Assembly (NCBI GenBank): GCA_024137785.1
Contig: JAHRHZ010000091.1
Span: 9,558,586 to 9,622,585 of the forward strand
Origin: Ginglymostoma cirratum
Taxonomy: Eukaryota
Length of the DNA stretch: 64,000 nucleotides
Direction of reading: 5' to 3'
Shown here: piece after piece, positions 49,730 through 62,120 of the stretch
How the letters are laid out: the number at the start of each line of letters is the position of its first letter
Numbering within the stretch: the stretch's first letter is position 1
Notes under the pieces: generated by a model
Told to the model about the DNA's origin: nothing
The model's input: only the letters and a program-made list of their open reading frames with translations
The model's database searches: none
Position numbers and translations under genes: made by a program

Positions 49730-52067
49730 CTACCCAATGCTTCCTTCTTATTAATTTTAAACCTTTCAGCTGTCTAAACTATCTTCTTTTTCACCATGAT
49801 CTGGGCCGTAACTTCTTCCTTGGTAAAGACAGATGCAAAGTATTCATCAATACCTCAATCATGATTGCTGCCTCCACGTCCATAGTAGACTTTTAGATTC
49901 CTTTGTGTGTTAGCTACCAGACTCTTTGTGCACTCTGTCTTTGCTTTCCCTATTCACTTTATCAAATATCCTCTGAATCTTCTATACCTGACCCGGTTCT
50001 GAACTGTATTATCCACCTGACCTCTGCCACATCTACATTGTCTGCTTCATCTTAGTTTCTATCAGCCAAGGTGCTCTGGATTTGTTTGTGTTTTCCTTCT
50101 CTTTTGGAGAAATACTTTGATCAACCTTAAACAATCTCTTCTTTAAAGGCAGCCCATGGTGGAGTTATAGATTTCCCTGTAATTCTTTTGATTCCAATCT
50201 AGCTGGGCCAGATCCGTTCTTAATGCATTGAAGTTGGCCTTCCTCAGTTAATCAGGCTTAGTCTGGACATCTCCGTGTCCTATTCCATAGCCAACTTAAA
50301 TCTTATGACACAGTGATCACTGTCACTTAAATGTTCTATTGCTGACACTTGATCAACTTGATTCTGAGGCACCAGTCTCTTTGGACATGCCTCCTGTCTC
50401 ATTGGACTAGAGGTATATTACTGTCGAAAATTCTCCTGAAAACACTTTCGAGGAACTCTTGCTCCTCTCTGCCCTTTACACTACTACTATCCAAGTCTAT
50501 ATTCAGACAGTTAAAGTCCCCATTAAGCAAAGTTATAATCTTTGCACATCTCTGCTTTGCAAATTTCTTCCTCTAAATCTTTCTTTTTTAGATAACCAAA
50601 AGACAGTACCTTATTTTATTCCTTAGCACATGCCAAATAAATTCTCTCCTTGACCCATTTTCAATATCCTTTCTCTCCAGTGTTGCAATGTTCTTCTTAA
50701 TCAATACTGCCATCCCTCATATTCTCTCTCTTTCCTACCTCTTGGCCCTGATCACTTTACATCCAGAAATATTTATTCCCCAGTCCTGCCCTTCTTTAAG
50801 TTAGGTCACTTATTATTGCTGCAACATCATATTCCCATGTGGAAACCAGTGTCTGAAAATCACCAATCTTGTTTACCACATTCCACATATTCAAATATAT
50901 GCAGCTGTCAACCTAATTTAGACTTTATTACTTTCTCTTTAAGGTTGATCCCATTGAATATCTTACTACTTCCTTTTCTACTATTATCTGTCTCTCTCAA
51001 TATTCTTTGCACACGGATATTCCTCCCCAGTATTATCTCCTGGTTCCCACATCTCTACCAAGTTATTTGAAACCCTCTCCAATACCACTGGCAAAACACC
51101 CTGCAAGGAAATTGGGCCAGCTCTGTTTAGGGCTATTCATCCAGCCTTTACAGGTTAGATATACACTACAGCCAGTCGCGGTACTCATAGAATCTAAAGC
51201 TTGCCTTCCAGTACCATTTCTCCAAACACACATTCACCCGTGTTTATTCAAATTTAGTTCTTACTTGCATGTAGTACTGGGAGTATTCCAGAAATTACTA
51301 CTTTTGAGCTCCTGTTTGCTAACCTCTTACCTAGCTCCCAAAATTCTGACTGTAGGACCTCATCCCCTTTTTGCCTATTCTGCCATTTCTCTATTAAATA
51401 ATAAAACTATTGCTTAAAAACTCACTGGCTATTTGCTCATCTTCTTCTGTTGTCACTTAAAAATAGGAACATTAATCAAAATGCTTTATTTAACCTTATT
51501 AGTACAAATCTTCCTAAAAAAAAATTCCCAGCTCCTTGAATTTACTTCCTCACTTTGAAGAAAGGCGAATAAGGCTGCAGCACTCACCAGGTTATCAAAC
51601 ATAGACTTCCTGTCATGTCAAAGTTTGATTTTTTTTCTGACTTGTCTGACTTAGGTCTGGTTCACAATGATTCTGACTGACTCAACAGGCAACAAACTGA
51701 GCAGGTGTTCATTAGACCCAACTGCCTGCCTCATTCCCATGGTTATGTCACACCCAGGCATCCCTGGAGAAGGAGCAGGTAGAGTAATGCGTAGGCATGA
51801 CTGGTGGGCACCTCAGGGGCTGAAGTGCATTATCTAAATGCCAGAACAACATCTTGATTGAATTTGACAAAGTTCTGTTCAGGTTTTTATGTGTGTTAGT
51901 GCCCCTCTAAGAGGTTGCCACTATCTAATTCACAGCTTACTGGTGTTAGTCTGATGTCATGGCTTCTTCAAAATACTAGCCCCCTCATCCCCATCCTGCA
52001 CCACTGTGTGTCTGCACCCCCTTCTAGTGACTGCTGTAATGCAGAAAGTGTTGTAAACTCGTAACAA

Positions 52068-52350
52068 ATGGTCAGGCAGAAGACACTGAAGCTTGAACAC
52101 ACACACCAACAGGCTCAAGAACAAGTTCTCCTGCTGTTATTATACTACTGAATTGACCTCTCTAATTTCAAATCTAACGTTGATCTTGCTTTGTGTACCT
52201 CCTGTGCAGGCATAACCTTGTACGCCTCACTCTGGCTAAGCACCCTATGAGCTATATGTTGTTGTTTGCTATGATCTGCCTGTACTGCTCACAAAACAAA
52301 ATTTTCACTGTACTTAGGTACGTATGACAACCATAAATCAAATCAAAAAT
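52068..52350 (+). mobile_element. Rex1/Babar LINE 3' end
   Basis: GGCAGAAGACACTGAAGCTTGAACAC..AGGCTCAAGAACA..ATGACAACCATAAATCAAATCAAA. Confidence 0.75.
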
Positions 52351-52849
52351 CAAGTGAATAGGTGATATTGGACATAACTGCTTGTGTTACGTGGGTATGA
52401 TAAGGAAATGGGGGTGGGAGAAGAAGATATATATTGCACAAAAACCCCACTCCTCATTGTTGCTGTCCTTTACTATTGCTTGCCCTTCCCCCTGCTTGAG
52501 CTAACAATCTGGATTGTAGTCTTGGCAGACCTGTGTCACTTGTTGAATAAACCTCAAGGAAGGGCCACAGCCATATATTAGGTGGTTTAGGGCTTCCTAT
52601 GGATTCACCATTAGCCCCAACTCACATATTCCCTCCGCTTCCCCCCCCCCACCCCCAAAAACAACCCTGATGCACAGCTACTTCAGGACTTACACTGCAC
52701 ATATGGTTGGTCAGTAGGACTATCAGCCTCTGCCAAAGGGGAAAAGATGTGCAGTAATATGTCTGCACTTACAGGTATAAAGCCATGTAGCTTGTACAGC
52801 TGCTATTCCATATGGTTCATTAGGGAGATTATAAACTGAGCTCGCAATG

Positions 52850-55800
52850 ATTATTAGTTTTGCGCTGGTCCTGATGTTTCATTCATCTTTGATGCATTAC
52901 CCAGAGTCGTAAAACGAGTTCAGCAGCAGTGCACCTCCGCGGGCAGGTAAACAGTAATGTACGGCACCAGACGGCTCTCTAACTCCTTCCTACCCGTGAG
53001 GTTTGATTGACAGGTTTGCAGCTCGTTATTGTGCGGTTCGTCAGTGCGCAGAGCGCAGGTTACAAGCATTCACGACGCGGGCTAGTGTAAGTTATCGATC
53101 GACGGACCAGCAACACGAGCACCACAATTTTTTTGCTGTTGTGTGTGTTCGATCGAATATAAACCCAAGATTTGAGATAAACAATGCCCACGCTCTGTCT
53201 ACATAAGGAATGCAACCGATGCAAACAGGAGATGCACACTGTGGCTAAAATTATAACAACAAATTGCAATAAAGTAAGACTAAAGAACTGCTGGAAATCT
53301 GAAACCCAAACAGACAGTGCTGGAGAAATTCTAAAACTGAACCTGGTCATTCCAAAAGTTGTTGCATTCGTGGGTTATATTGCTCTGGTTACCCCAACTA
53401 GAATAACCGCACAACCGAGTCTACAGATCCTGACTCGCTAGCATTACACACAATGTCTCCCTTGGGCTTTGGTGATTTCATTTGCGCTGCTTTTTAAGAA
53501 AAAAATCAATATAACCTTTAGCATTTGCAGGATTATCCATTTACGTTTGCTGGATCAATACAAAGGTAAACGAACAGCAAGAAGGCAAGTAGGGATAGAG
53601 CTGGGTTTAAAGTTCAGTCAGATACAATTTCTCTGGCCTCACAGACATTTACCCCTCTCGCCCCCAACCAGTGCCTGGGCCTCGTCGCTATAAATCCTGA
53701 CAGACTAGCAAAACTGACAGCCTAATAACTTGAAGAGGTATCTACGAACAAGATGGTTTCAGCCACGTTCACTGACCCTGAACAAATCGGGTCCTGTTTC
53801 CTTTACAAGCGGGCCCTTCGCCTTCAATCACTGAACTCTTAAGGCTGAAGGTGATGCAGAGAGCTCTTTTAGTTTGACCCAGCCATAGGGCCAAGCACCC
53901 CCTCTATGGTCCCGGAGTTCCCTATCACCTTCCCTGCTCGGGCCAGCTCCTTCACAGCAATTCTACTGCGCACTGATATGGTTCAACCCTAGAGGTTAAA
54001 TGAGTTTTTTTTATTATTTGAGCAGGAGGAGGATGTGACCTTTGTCGGCGTTAGAGTCATTTGTAAATATAATTCCTTCAAAGAAGAAATAATCACTTGA
54101 AGAAAGAAGCTGCGTTTATGTAGCGCCTTTCGCAATCGAAGGGAATCCAATGGATGGGGGGCGTAGCGCCAATTTGTACACAGGAAGATCCCACTATCAT
54201 CATTGATATATATGAATCTTGGTTAGAGCGCTTCCTCTATCCGTCAGAACCAAGCTTGTGATTTCAAATAAACCTGTCGGACGGTAACCTAGTGTCGTGT
54301 GCCTTGTCAGAACCATTACAGCACCGATTCTACCGCCTACTCCCCGGGCGAGAGATGTAAGGCTGGAGCGGGAATGTGAACAAACCAGCTCCTGATTCGG
54401 AGCCAAACCGGCTGAACATTCAGGGATACAAGCGGCAGCTCACCAAGCAGCGTTGCTCTCGGTTTTCCAGCTGTATCCTCCGTTGGTCAGCGGTCACTGT
54501 AACCATCAATCCTTCCCTTACAACAGACAGGGAGAAAACAGACAGAAAGAGGCTGACACCGTTTTGGAAAGTCAGACAGAGCCACTTTCCAGCATATTCG
54601 TGACAGAGAGAATTTGTTTTTTTTTAAAATTGTGAGATTAACCTGCTGCAATCCTGTACAATCTACCTTGTCAGTTGGGAACTAGAGATAATTCCACAGA
54701 AAGCATACCGGCTGACCGCTAAACACATGGAACCTGTCACGTGCAAAGTCCTAAATAGTCAGGTTCCTGACGATGGTGGTATCCCATAGGGTCGGTTAGT
54801 TGTCAGGGATAAAAATATCAAATCCCTTTGAAGACACGCCCCGCTTCTACTCGGATTCACCAAACTTTCCCAGTCGTTTTGTCTTGGTTTGACTCTTCAA
54901 TGAGTTAAGTGCTGGGAGCATTACTGCACCAGACTTAGTTCCTACATGTTGCAAAGTTAATTTCTTAAGACTTCCAGTGACCTGGTTAGGTTACAGCTGG
55001 CGGAATTGAAAGTGCAATTTTGGAGAGGATGCAAAAAAAATCGCTTCCTGTAAGAAGGAGATTTTTTTTTAAAAAAATCACTTATGGGACGTGGGCGTAG
55101 CTGGCTGGCCAGTATTTACTAACCATCCCTTCCTTACTCGCGTGGAATTTAGAAGCAAATCGTTAGTTACAGTATTCGAAGGGTTAAAAAAATCCTGTTT
55201 CAGGTGAAAGGTCGTTACCCTGAAACATCATAGGAGCAAATTATTGCAGATGCTGAAATCTGCACTGAAAACCTCAAATGTTGGCTATCACAGCGGGTCA
55301 GGCAGCATCCGCGTGGAGAGAGAGAGAGAGCACACTTGCTGTCTTACCGTGCATGTTGTCTGACACACTGTGATCTCCAGCATTTGCTGTTTGCACCCTG
55401 GAACATTAACTATGTACCTCTGTGCATGGATGCGGTCTGACCAAGATTATCCAGCACTTACGTTTCTCATTTCAGGTGTCCAACTTTTATTTTTGCACAG
55501 GCAAAACTGATAAGTGTAAGAGTAAACTCGGTATGTTGGGAGCACATTTAGCAAAAGTAAAATCGGCGGCTGTTTGGGAGAAAATTAGACTTTCAAAGTT
55601 GCAATGCTGGCAAAACCGCCTGGCAGTTTTTTTTAAAGCAGAGAGAGAATAGAGAGTTCAAATCTGACCTGTAGCTTTGCTTCGATTTAAATACACAGAT
55701 GTTATTCTCACAGCACACTGCTTTGCTTTCATTTTCGTTTTGTGAAACTATCACGCGGATATATTTAATCGGCTCCGCGGCACGTGTGGGTTAATGTTGA

Positions 55801-56050
55801 CTGGTTTTAACAGGGCGTTTTCTGGTTTTGAAATAATTGCCGACCTCACTTGGATCGAGTGCCGAAATAACAGCCAAATCACCGAGAGGTGAGAGGAAAA
55901 TGAGACCCAAATCGTAAATTTAAGAATATACATACGGAGAGTGTATATGTCCCCCCTGCAGGAATAAACCTTCCAGCAAGCAGGCTCCCAGAACAGGGCA
56001 AACAACTAAATCCATATTTCGAATAAAAAGCTGAACTGTGAGTCGCATTC
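52850..56050. promoter_or_regulatory. CpG-enriched domain, candidate distal SOX5 enhancer or alternative promoter
   Basis: Visible excess of CG dinucleotides relative to the flanks; TGATTGACAG at 53004-53013 and CTTTGAT near 52888. Confidence 0.4.
55200..55485 (+). mobile_element. Penelope-derived element containing a nested fold-back element (55231-55394)
   Basis: ACCCTGAAACATCA (55217-55230) and ACCCTGGAACATTA (55395-55408) flank an internal inverted repeat. Confidence 0.65.
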
Positions 56051-56340
56051 TCAGGGAAACATTAAGATCTCACAGCATTGTTTCCAAGAATGGAGGGAGA
56101 GGAATTTTTTCCAAGCCTCCTGGTCAATATTAACCCCCCCCCAACCCCCTCCCCTCGACCAGTATCCGGAAAACAGATTAATTAAATATTGCTGGATGTG
56201 GGAGCTTGCTGTGTGCTAATTTGCTGTTATGTCCTCTAAATTATAACAGTGACTACGCTTCAAACAAAGAAGCACTGTATGGACATCAAAATTATTTGGT
56301 ATGGCCTAAGGTGACCGAGAATGTAAGTTATTTTCTTTTA
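56050..56340 (+). mobile_element. Deu-domain SINE 3' part
   Basis: GTGGGAGCTTGCTGTGTGCTAATTTGCTG..ATAACAGTGACTACGCTTCAAA. Confidence 0.65.
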
Positions 56341-57104
56341 ATATGGAACCAAGGCAGGCAAATGAAGTGATAAAACGGATCTGCTGTGATCTAATTCTAT
56401 GGTGGAACAAGCTGGAAGGGCCAACTGGCGTCATTTATGTTCTGGTGTTCTTGAAATGAACAGCAATATTTGAAAGGAAAGCCCACCCTCTGCCTGAAGT
56501 ATTTGTCAGTTGGACTGGCCTTGAATTATTACCCTTGGTCCTCCTGTACGCCTTCAGACGAGTAAAAGTAAAATGGGAGATCTGTTAATTAACTACAGCA
56601 ATAATCTCACTGTGGGGATCAAACAGTAGACGTGTCCTGAAACTCCTGTTGAGAAGATGAAATGCAGGGCAAACTTTAAAGACTTCCTGTCATTAGCTGA
56701 AACCTTGGCTTGCTGCTTGTCCAGACCCCCTGTGACAGACAGAACAATGAAAGACAATGATGGGCAGAAATGAAATTGTGCTAAGTGGCACAAAAGAATG
56801 AGCTATTTACCAGTAAAATGATCCCCTTTCCAGTATGGATCACTTCAACTTTTAATTAATTTATAACTGGCTGAGACTCACAGATACCATATGTGTGGGC
56901 TGGTGAGTTTTCACAGTGCATTTGAAGCCATCTCATTTTCTTCATCCACTTTAGCCCAAAACTATGCAAGAGAAATGCATTCAGTTGTGTCCTGCCAAAT
57001 TTACCTTAATGAGAGATGATGCATCTAGATATGCATTCCTTATATTCAATTAAGAATAGATAAGATTATTTGTGGGAAATAGCTTTCAGAATGCAGAAAG
57101 AATA

Positions 57105-57470
57105 CAACTTGCATTTGTATTGCACATTTCAGGAATGCAGAACAGCACAAAACAGCCAAAGCTATTACTACTGTCCAGAAGGGAGTTGTGGCAGTGAACT
57201 TGTCCATAACAAATCCCACAACAATGAGATAATGTTCATTTTTTTTAGGTACAAGTTGCAAAGTAAGTATTGGGTGGGCAGCATAGAAACCGTTTCTGCT
57301 CTTTTTCCAAATGTTATCAACCTGAGACGGAAACTGTTTAACATCTCACCCAAAAGACACCACCTCTGACGGTGCAGCACTCTCTCAGTTCCGCACTGGA
57401 GTGTCAGCCTAGATAATTTGCTCAAAGCTCTGGAGTGAAATTTGAATGCATAACTAGGAAGACAGTTGCT
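57105..57470 (-). mobile_element. Deu-domain SINE
   Basis: CACCTCTGACGGTGCAGCACTCTCTCAGTTCCGCACTGGAGTGTCAGCCTAGAT. Confidence 0.75.
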
Positions 57471-58064
57471 CTGCCAATTTTGTCTCATTAGCTGCGGTAT
57501 TGTTGCACTGCCTTAATTCTGAAGGTCTCTGTCCATTATAAGTTATGTGAAGGACAATGGTTGTCACAGTGAATATGCCATAGTAACAGTATTTGCATAA
57601 AAAACAGATTCTCAGAGAAGATAATTTTATTTCCATTGTTAAGACCTGATCAGAAGAGCCTCTCTTGCAATCAACTATTTGAGGTTTTAAAGTTCATAAT
57701 TAAGCCTGTTTAGTTAACAGAAATCGTATTTTGAGTAGAAAGTATTTGAGTGTTTTGTATCAAAGAACAGTGGTGCCAATGTTTAGAAACAGAAAGCTTA
57801 GTGTTGTTACCCCCAAGCATATCACAATCATGTAATACTGCTTGATCGTTCTTTGTAATAGACAGATGGCAATAACGTAAAGGAATGAGTATCATTTCCC
57901 CATCATCACACACAGATATGGTAAACTTGGCCCTTACTTTCAGCCCAAAACATTTTCTCCCCAGCCCCTTTCCTGTTCCACTCCTATCCTATTCTAGGCA
58001 AATAGAGCAAAGCACAAAATGTGACACGTGCAGAATTACACAAGCCAGGGTTCAGTTCCCTGAA

Positions 58065-58430
58065 ATGTAGAAGGTTAAAGGACTTTTCACCAAACTTTTT
58101 AAGATATAGGGAAACTGGCTGGAAAGAAAGAAACTATTTCTGTCCATTGTGATGTCTAACATTAGGATGCAAGGTCCAAAAAAATAGAACTAGGTCTTTT
58201 AGGAGCATAATTAGAATACATTTTTTCATGGAAAGGTTGGTAGAAGTTCAGAACTTTCATCTGCAAACAGTTAGTCATTAATAATAAATCTGAGATGCAT
58301 AGATTTTCTTTGTTAACTAAATGTATTTAAGGATATGGGACAAAGGCAGCTATCTGGAGTTCAGTAAGAGATCATCCACTGTCTTATTGACTGGTGGGAC
58401 CATCTATAAGAGCTAAATGTTCCTACGTTC
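58065..58430 (+). mobile_element. Old CR1 LINE 3' end
   Basis: TCTTTTAGGAG..AAGGATATGGGACAAAGGCAG..GAGCTAAATGTTCCTAC. Confidence 0.6.
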
Positions 58431-58794
58431 ATATAAGCCAGACAAGATGTTGTCTGCAGTGAAGGTTGTGCACTGGAAACTATCGTCCCCTTTTTGTTCA
58501 TTTTACACATTTTTGTACAAGTCTAAAATGTTTCATACTCCTTTGCAATATTCCCGCCTCTTGCACAACAGGAGATGGCCTTCTCTTTCTCTTTTAATGT
58601 GGTTTGGAAGAATAAGGATGGATAGAATCAAGGTCTAATCTAATTCCTCAGATTGGATCTGAAGTAGTTATACAAAACTGCCATGTTCACACCACCAGAG
58701 GAAAGCCAGATCTAAGATCATAAGAAGCAAAATAAAGTCAGCTTTTATTTCCAGCTGTCATGGGACCAACCTGTTTTAAGCAGGCAATAATTGT

Positions 58795-59150
58795 GTTTTT
58801 TTATCAATTCAGTGTCAGGGAGTATGAATTGCTGACTGGCATTTATTGCCCAGTGCAAGTTACAATACAACTGAATGGGGATTGCGCGGTGACTTCAAAA
58901 GGCATTTAAAGGTTAACCATATGCTATGGAGCAAGGGACACATATAGTGTAGACTAGTCTGGGTAAAGATGCCAGGTGTCCTTCCCTAAAGAACATTAGT
59001 GAACCAGGTGAGAATTTTATGACAATCCGACAGTCTCATGGTAACTTTTACTGGCAGCAGCTTTTCAGTCATGTATTTTCGAAATGGTTCAACTGTGATG
59101 GTGGGATTTGCTTAACCCGTGCTTATTAGTGCAACAACACAAGCCATGAC
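58795..59150 (-). mobile_element. SINE family B, older copy
   Basis: GCATTTATTGCCCA..CCTTCCCTAAAGAACATTAGTGAACCAG..GGTGGGATTTG. Confidence 0.7.
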
Positions 59151-59282
59151 ATGACCCCTTATGTGCCTGTCTACTTGTATTCACTGTGATTGGCATTACT
59201 TCTGTCAGCTCAAGAAATTAAAGTGTAACTGCGCCAGAAACCATGGTGGCACTTCCAATGGGTCTTACAGCGTGGCAGAATG

Positions 59283-59645
59283 TGGGGAAGGCAATGGCCT
59301 GGTGGTATTATCACTGGACTGTTAATCCAGAGACCCAGATAACATTCTGGGGACGCAAGTTCGAATCCCACCATGGCTGATGGTGGAATTTGAATTCAAT
59401 AAAATACCTGGAATTCAGAGTCTATTAATGACCATGAAGCCATTGTCGATTGTTGGAAAAACCCATCTGGTTTACTAATGCCCTTTAGGGGAGGAAACTG
59501 CCATCATCACCTGGTCTGGCCTACATGTGACTCCAAACCCACAGCAATGTGGTTCACTCTAAACTGCCCTCTGGGCAATTCGGGATGGGCAATAAATGCT
59601 GCCTGGTCAGCAATGCCCTCATCCCATGAATGAATAAAGAAACAA
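59283..59645 (+). mobile_element. SINE family B, full-length younger copy
   Basis: A-box-like TGGCCTGGTGG, B-box GTTCGAATCC, body CTGGTCTGGCCTACATGTGACTCC, tail CATCCCATGAATGAATAAAG. Confidence 0.88.
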
Positions 59646-61014
59646 AAAGTTGGTGAATTTGCAATTTGTAAGTGAACCGTTCCAGGACAGGGGTGATCGG
59701 AGAAACTAGGTTACTGTTATCAAGTCCCGCAGACAATGGGTAGAGATCGCGATTCGAATACTCAAGGAGAAACTAAAAAGGGGATAAAACACTATCGGAC
59801 ATTGGGGAACTCTTAGTTCTAATGACTAATTTGTCTAATTATGAGTATAAGAGTATATTATGAGTATATTACTAATTATGAGTATAAGGCCTTTTGTCCT
59901 TAAAATTATTTGCTTTATTTCTCTCATGCATGGAAAATCCATAAGTTGAATGAAACATAGATTAACTGCTCAATGAGATGCCATTCAGCCCGTTGTGCCC
60001 ATACCGACTCTCCAAATTCCCATCTCTCCATAAGCACTGCAAAAGTTTTCCTTTATAAATATATACCCAAATCCCCTTTCAGAGTTGCTATTAACTCTGT
60101 TTCCAATATTCTTTCAGATCGTGCGTTTCAGATCACGACAATTCATCGTATAAAACTAATCTCCTTATCTCCCTTTGAGCTGTTTTGCTGGAGCTGGGAC
60201 AATGGAAAGCAATGCTGAATCTAAGCAGGATGTGGCTAGGCATCATTTTTGTTCAGTTTGATGGTCGGTTTCTCTCCGCAAGCTTTAGTGAGTTTTCTCG
60301 CACTACCTTCCCAAACATGCCTCATTCCTCACTACTTGACCATTTGTTGTAATCTCCCAGTGACCACAGGTGGAGGCACTGGACAGTACTGGGACCTCCC
60401 AGGACTCCTGGCACCCGTTCTATCTTAAAAGTCCTGATCTGCACCCGATCAAATGTTGGCAGCATGCTGTTTGTTTTATTTGCCTCAGTCATGGTTGGAC
60501 AGAAGATAATTGGCATCCCACCTTGCTGATAGAGACTTGAAGGTTCTAGTGGATGGGAGTGCATACAATTGCTGCCATTGGAGTGTGCCCTGGGATGTTG
60601 GTGACTGATGGAGGTCTGGAGGATCAAGGGATGAGCTGGAGTCACTAGGCCCCCTCTGACTTTCATGTCAAGGATTGATGCCATCTAGTTTCACTGTGGT
60701 GGTTGGAGGAATGGCAAACTGCAAATCAATGAGGTGAGATGACATAATGATATAATGTTAGTGTGTGCGAATAAGCCTCTTGCTGCTCACTAGTGAGATC
60801 TCGTCTCCCCATTCAACACTTGATTGGAAAATGGGAGATTGTGCTTTCGACAGTGGGAAACTCCACAGTGCTGATCTCTCACGTGACCCCCCCCTCCCCG
60901 CCAACTTTATTACCATTTCCCATGTTGTTCAGGGCCTGGGAAGATTCTGCCAGTAGTCTTCGCTTAATTCATTCTCAAGATACAAGGCTACAGTCTATTG
61001 TCCATTGCTGTATT

Positions 61015-61235
61015 CCAACTGAATGGTTTGCTTGGTAGCTTCAGTTAAGTGTCTGATCATGTTGGTAAGAGATTGGAGTCACCCATAGGTTAAACAGGAT
61101 TTCCCCACAATTAGTAAACCAAATGAATACTTATAACAATCTGACAGCTTTTAAGATCATACCGACCTTCTAATTTCCAGACTTGTTTTAGAAAATTGAA
61201 TCCAACTCCAATTCTCAAGCTACCAAGGTGAGAAT
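61015..61235 (-). mobile_element. SINE family B fragment
   Basis: TTGGAGTCAC..ATTAGTAAACCAAATG..ACAATCTGACAGCTTT. Confidence 0.5.
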
Positions 61236-61839
61236 TGAGCATTACCTGGGTGAATAGGGATGCTGCAAATGGCTTTAGTCAATTTGAGTTCAGAATAGGG
61301 AATTCTGCCAGGACTCCTGCTATCCAGAAATCTATACAAAACGCAAACATTGGATCAGGACAGAACCAGACTGAGCTAATAGACTGTTGGGACCTTTAGA
61401 TAAATGAAGTCCACTTGGGTCCAGGTGACCCTGTCACTGAACTTCAGCGAACAGTTGATGCTTTAAGGAAATAGTCAATTGGAGGAAATTGAGGATTAAA
61501 TGTAGACGTTAGGTCACTATGGAGAAAGGAAGCATACTGGAGCTCAGTTGACAGTGTAGTTGCTGGAATCAATCTCTGTTCTCAGTGCATGTGTGGTTTT
61601 GTTCATAAAGCTTGTCATTAAGTATTTCTAAATTTTTTAAAACAAAACTTTAAGTCAGGTTAAGCAGCCCCTGATGGGCGCCATAATAAAAGCAGAACCG
61701 AGCAGTTACTGGAAAATGAATGGAAACCTACTAAACCAGAATAACATTTTCCATGGTAATGATGCACCCCAGCCCCTGTGGTGCCCACCAGTCTCTAAAG
61801 ACCTCTGTTGAATCGGATGATGCTGCGTGGTCCCTCTCC

Positions 61840-62120
61840 TTCCCCCCATGGCTCCACATTGCCCTAACTCTAATTCCTTCAGTGTTGAAGCCCTTAAACA
61901 TCTCTGCTTGTCAAGCATTAGCCTCCCCAGCTCTCATGACTCGCCACTCATGGCTGTGTCTATAGCTGCCAAGGCCGTAGGGTCTATCTACTTAAAACCT
62001 ATCTTTCTGTGTTTGGATTATTCTTCGCAACATTTTCCTAAATCACTCAGTTTGTCTAATAATCACTCTTTCATTTTACTATCGGAAAGCTGCTATATAA
62101 ATGCAAGTTGCTGCTTTTGT
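61840..62120 (+). mobile_element. L2 LINE 3' end
   Basis: CTTAAAACCTATCTTT..GCTATATAAATGCAAGTTGCTG. Confidence 0.6.

Larger units (their letters stand above)
47780..51620 (-). mobile_element. Long, heavily degraded CR1 LINE
   Basis: 3' tail at about 47790, KFADD-like motif (TATCATCTGCAAATTT on +, ~48637), DKAPGSDKLQPRILR (ORF 49079..49261), and endonuclease/ORF1-like remnants further right. No intact ORF. Confidence 0.75.

Noticed and set aside
17700-52000. Isolated minus-strand donor-like sites (e.g. ~18108, ~21965, ~51587) as SOX5 5' non-coding exons
   Set aside because: Lone GT motifs are frequent by chance, and one lies in a CR1 5' region; transcript data are needed.
54252-54310. Fragment AAGCTTGTGATTTCAAATAAACCTGTCGGAC.. 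as another hammerhead copy
   Set aside because: It resembles a second PLE terminal-repeat family from memory, but the catalytic core is absent here.
59836-59890. Short TATGAGTATA direct repeats
   Set aside because: Local slippage duplication with no sign of function.
60322-60684. 120-aa minus-strand ORF
   Set aside because: No recognisable domain or convincing splice context; possibly a very old TE remnant that I cannot classify.
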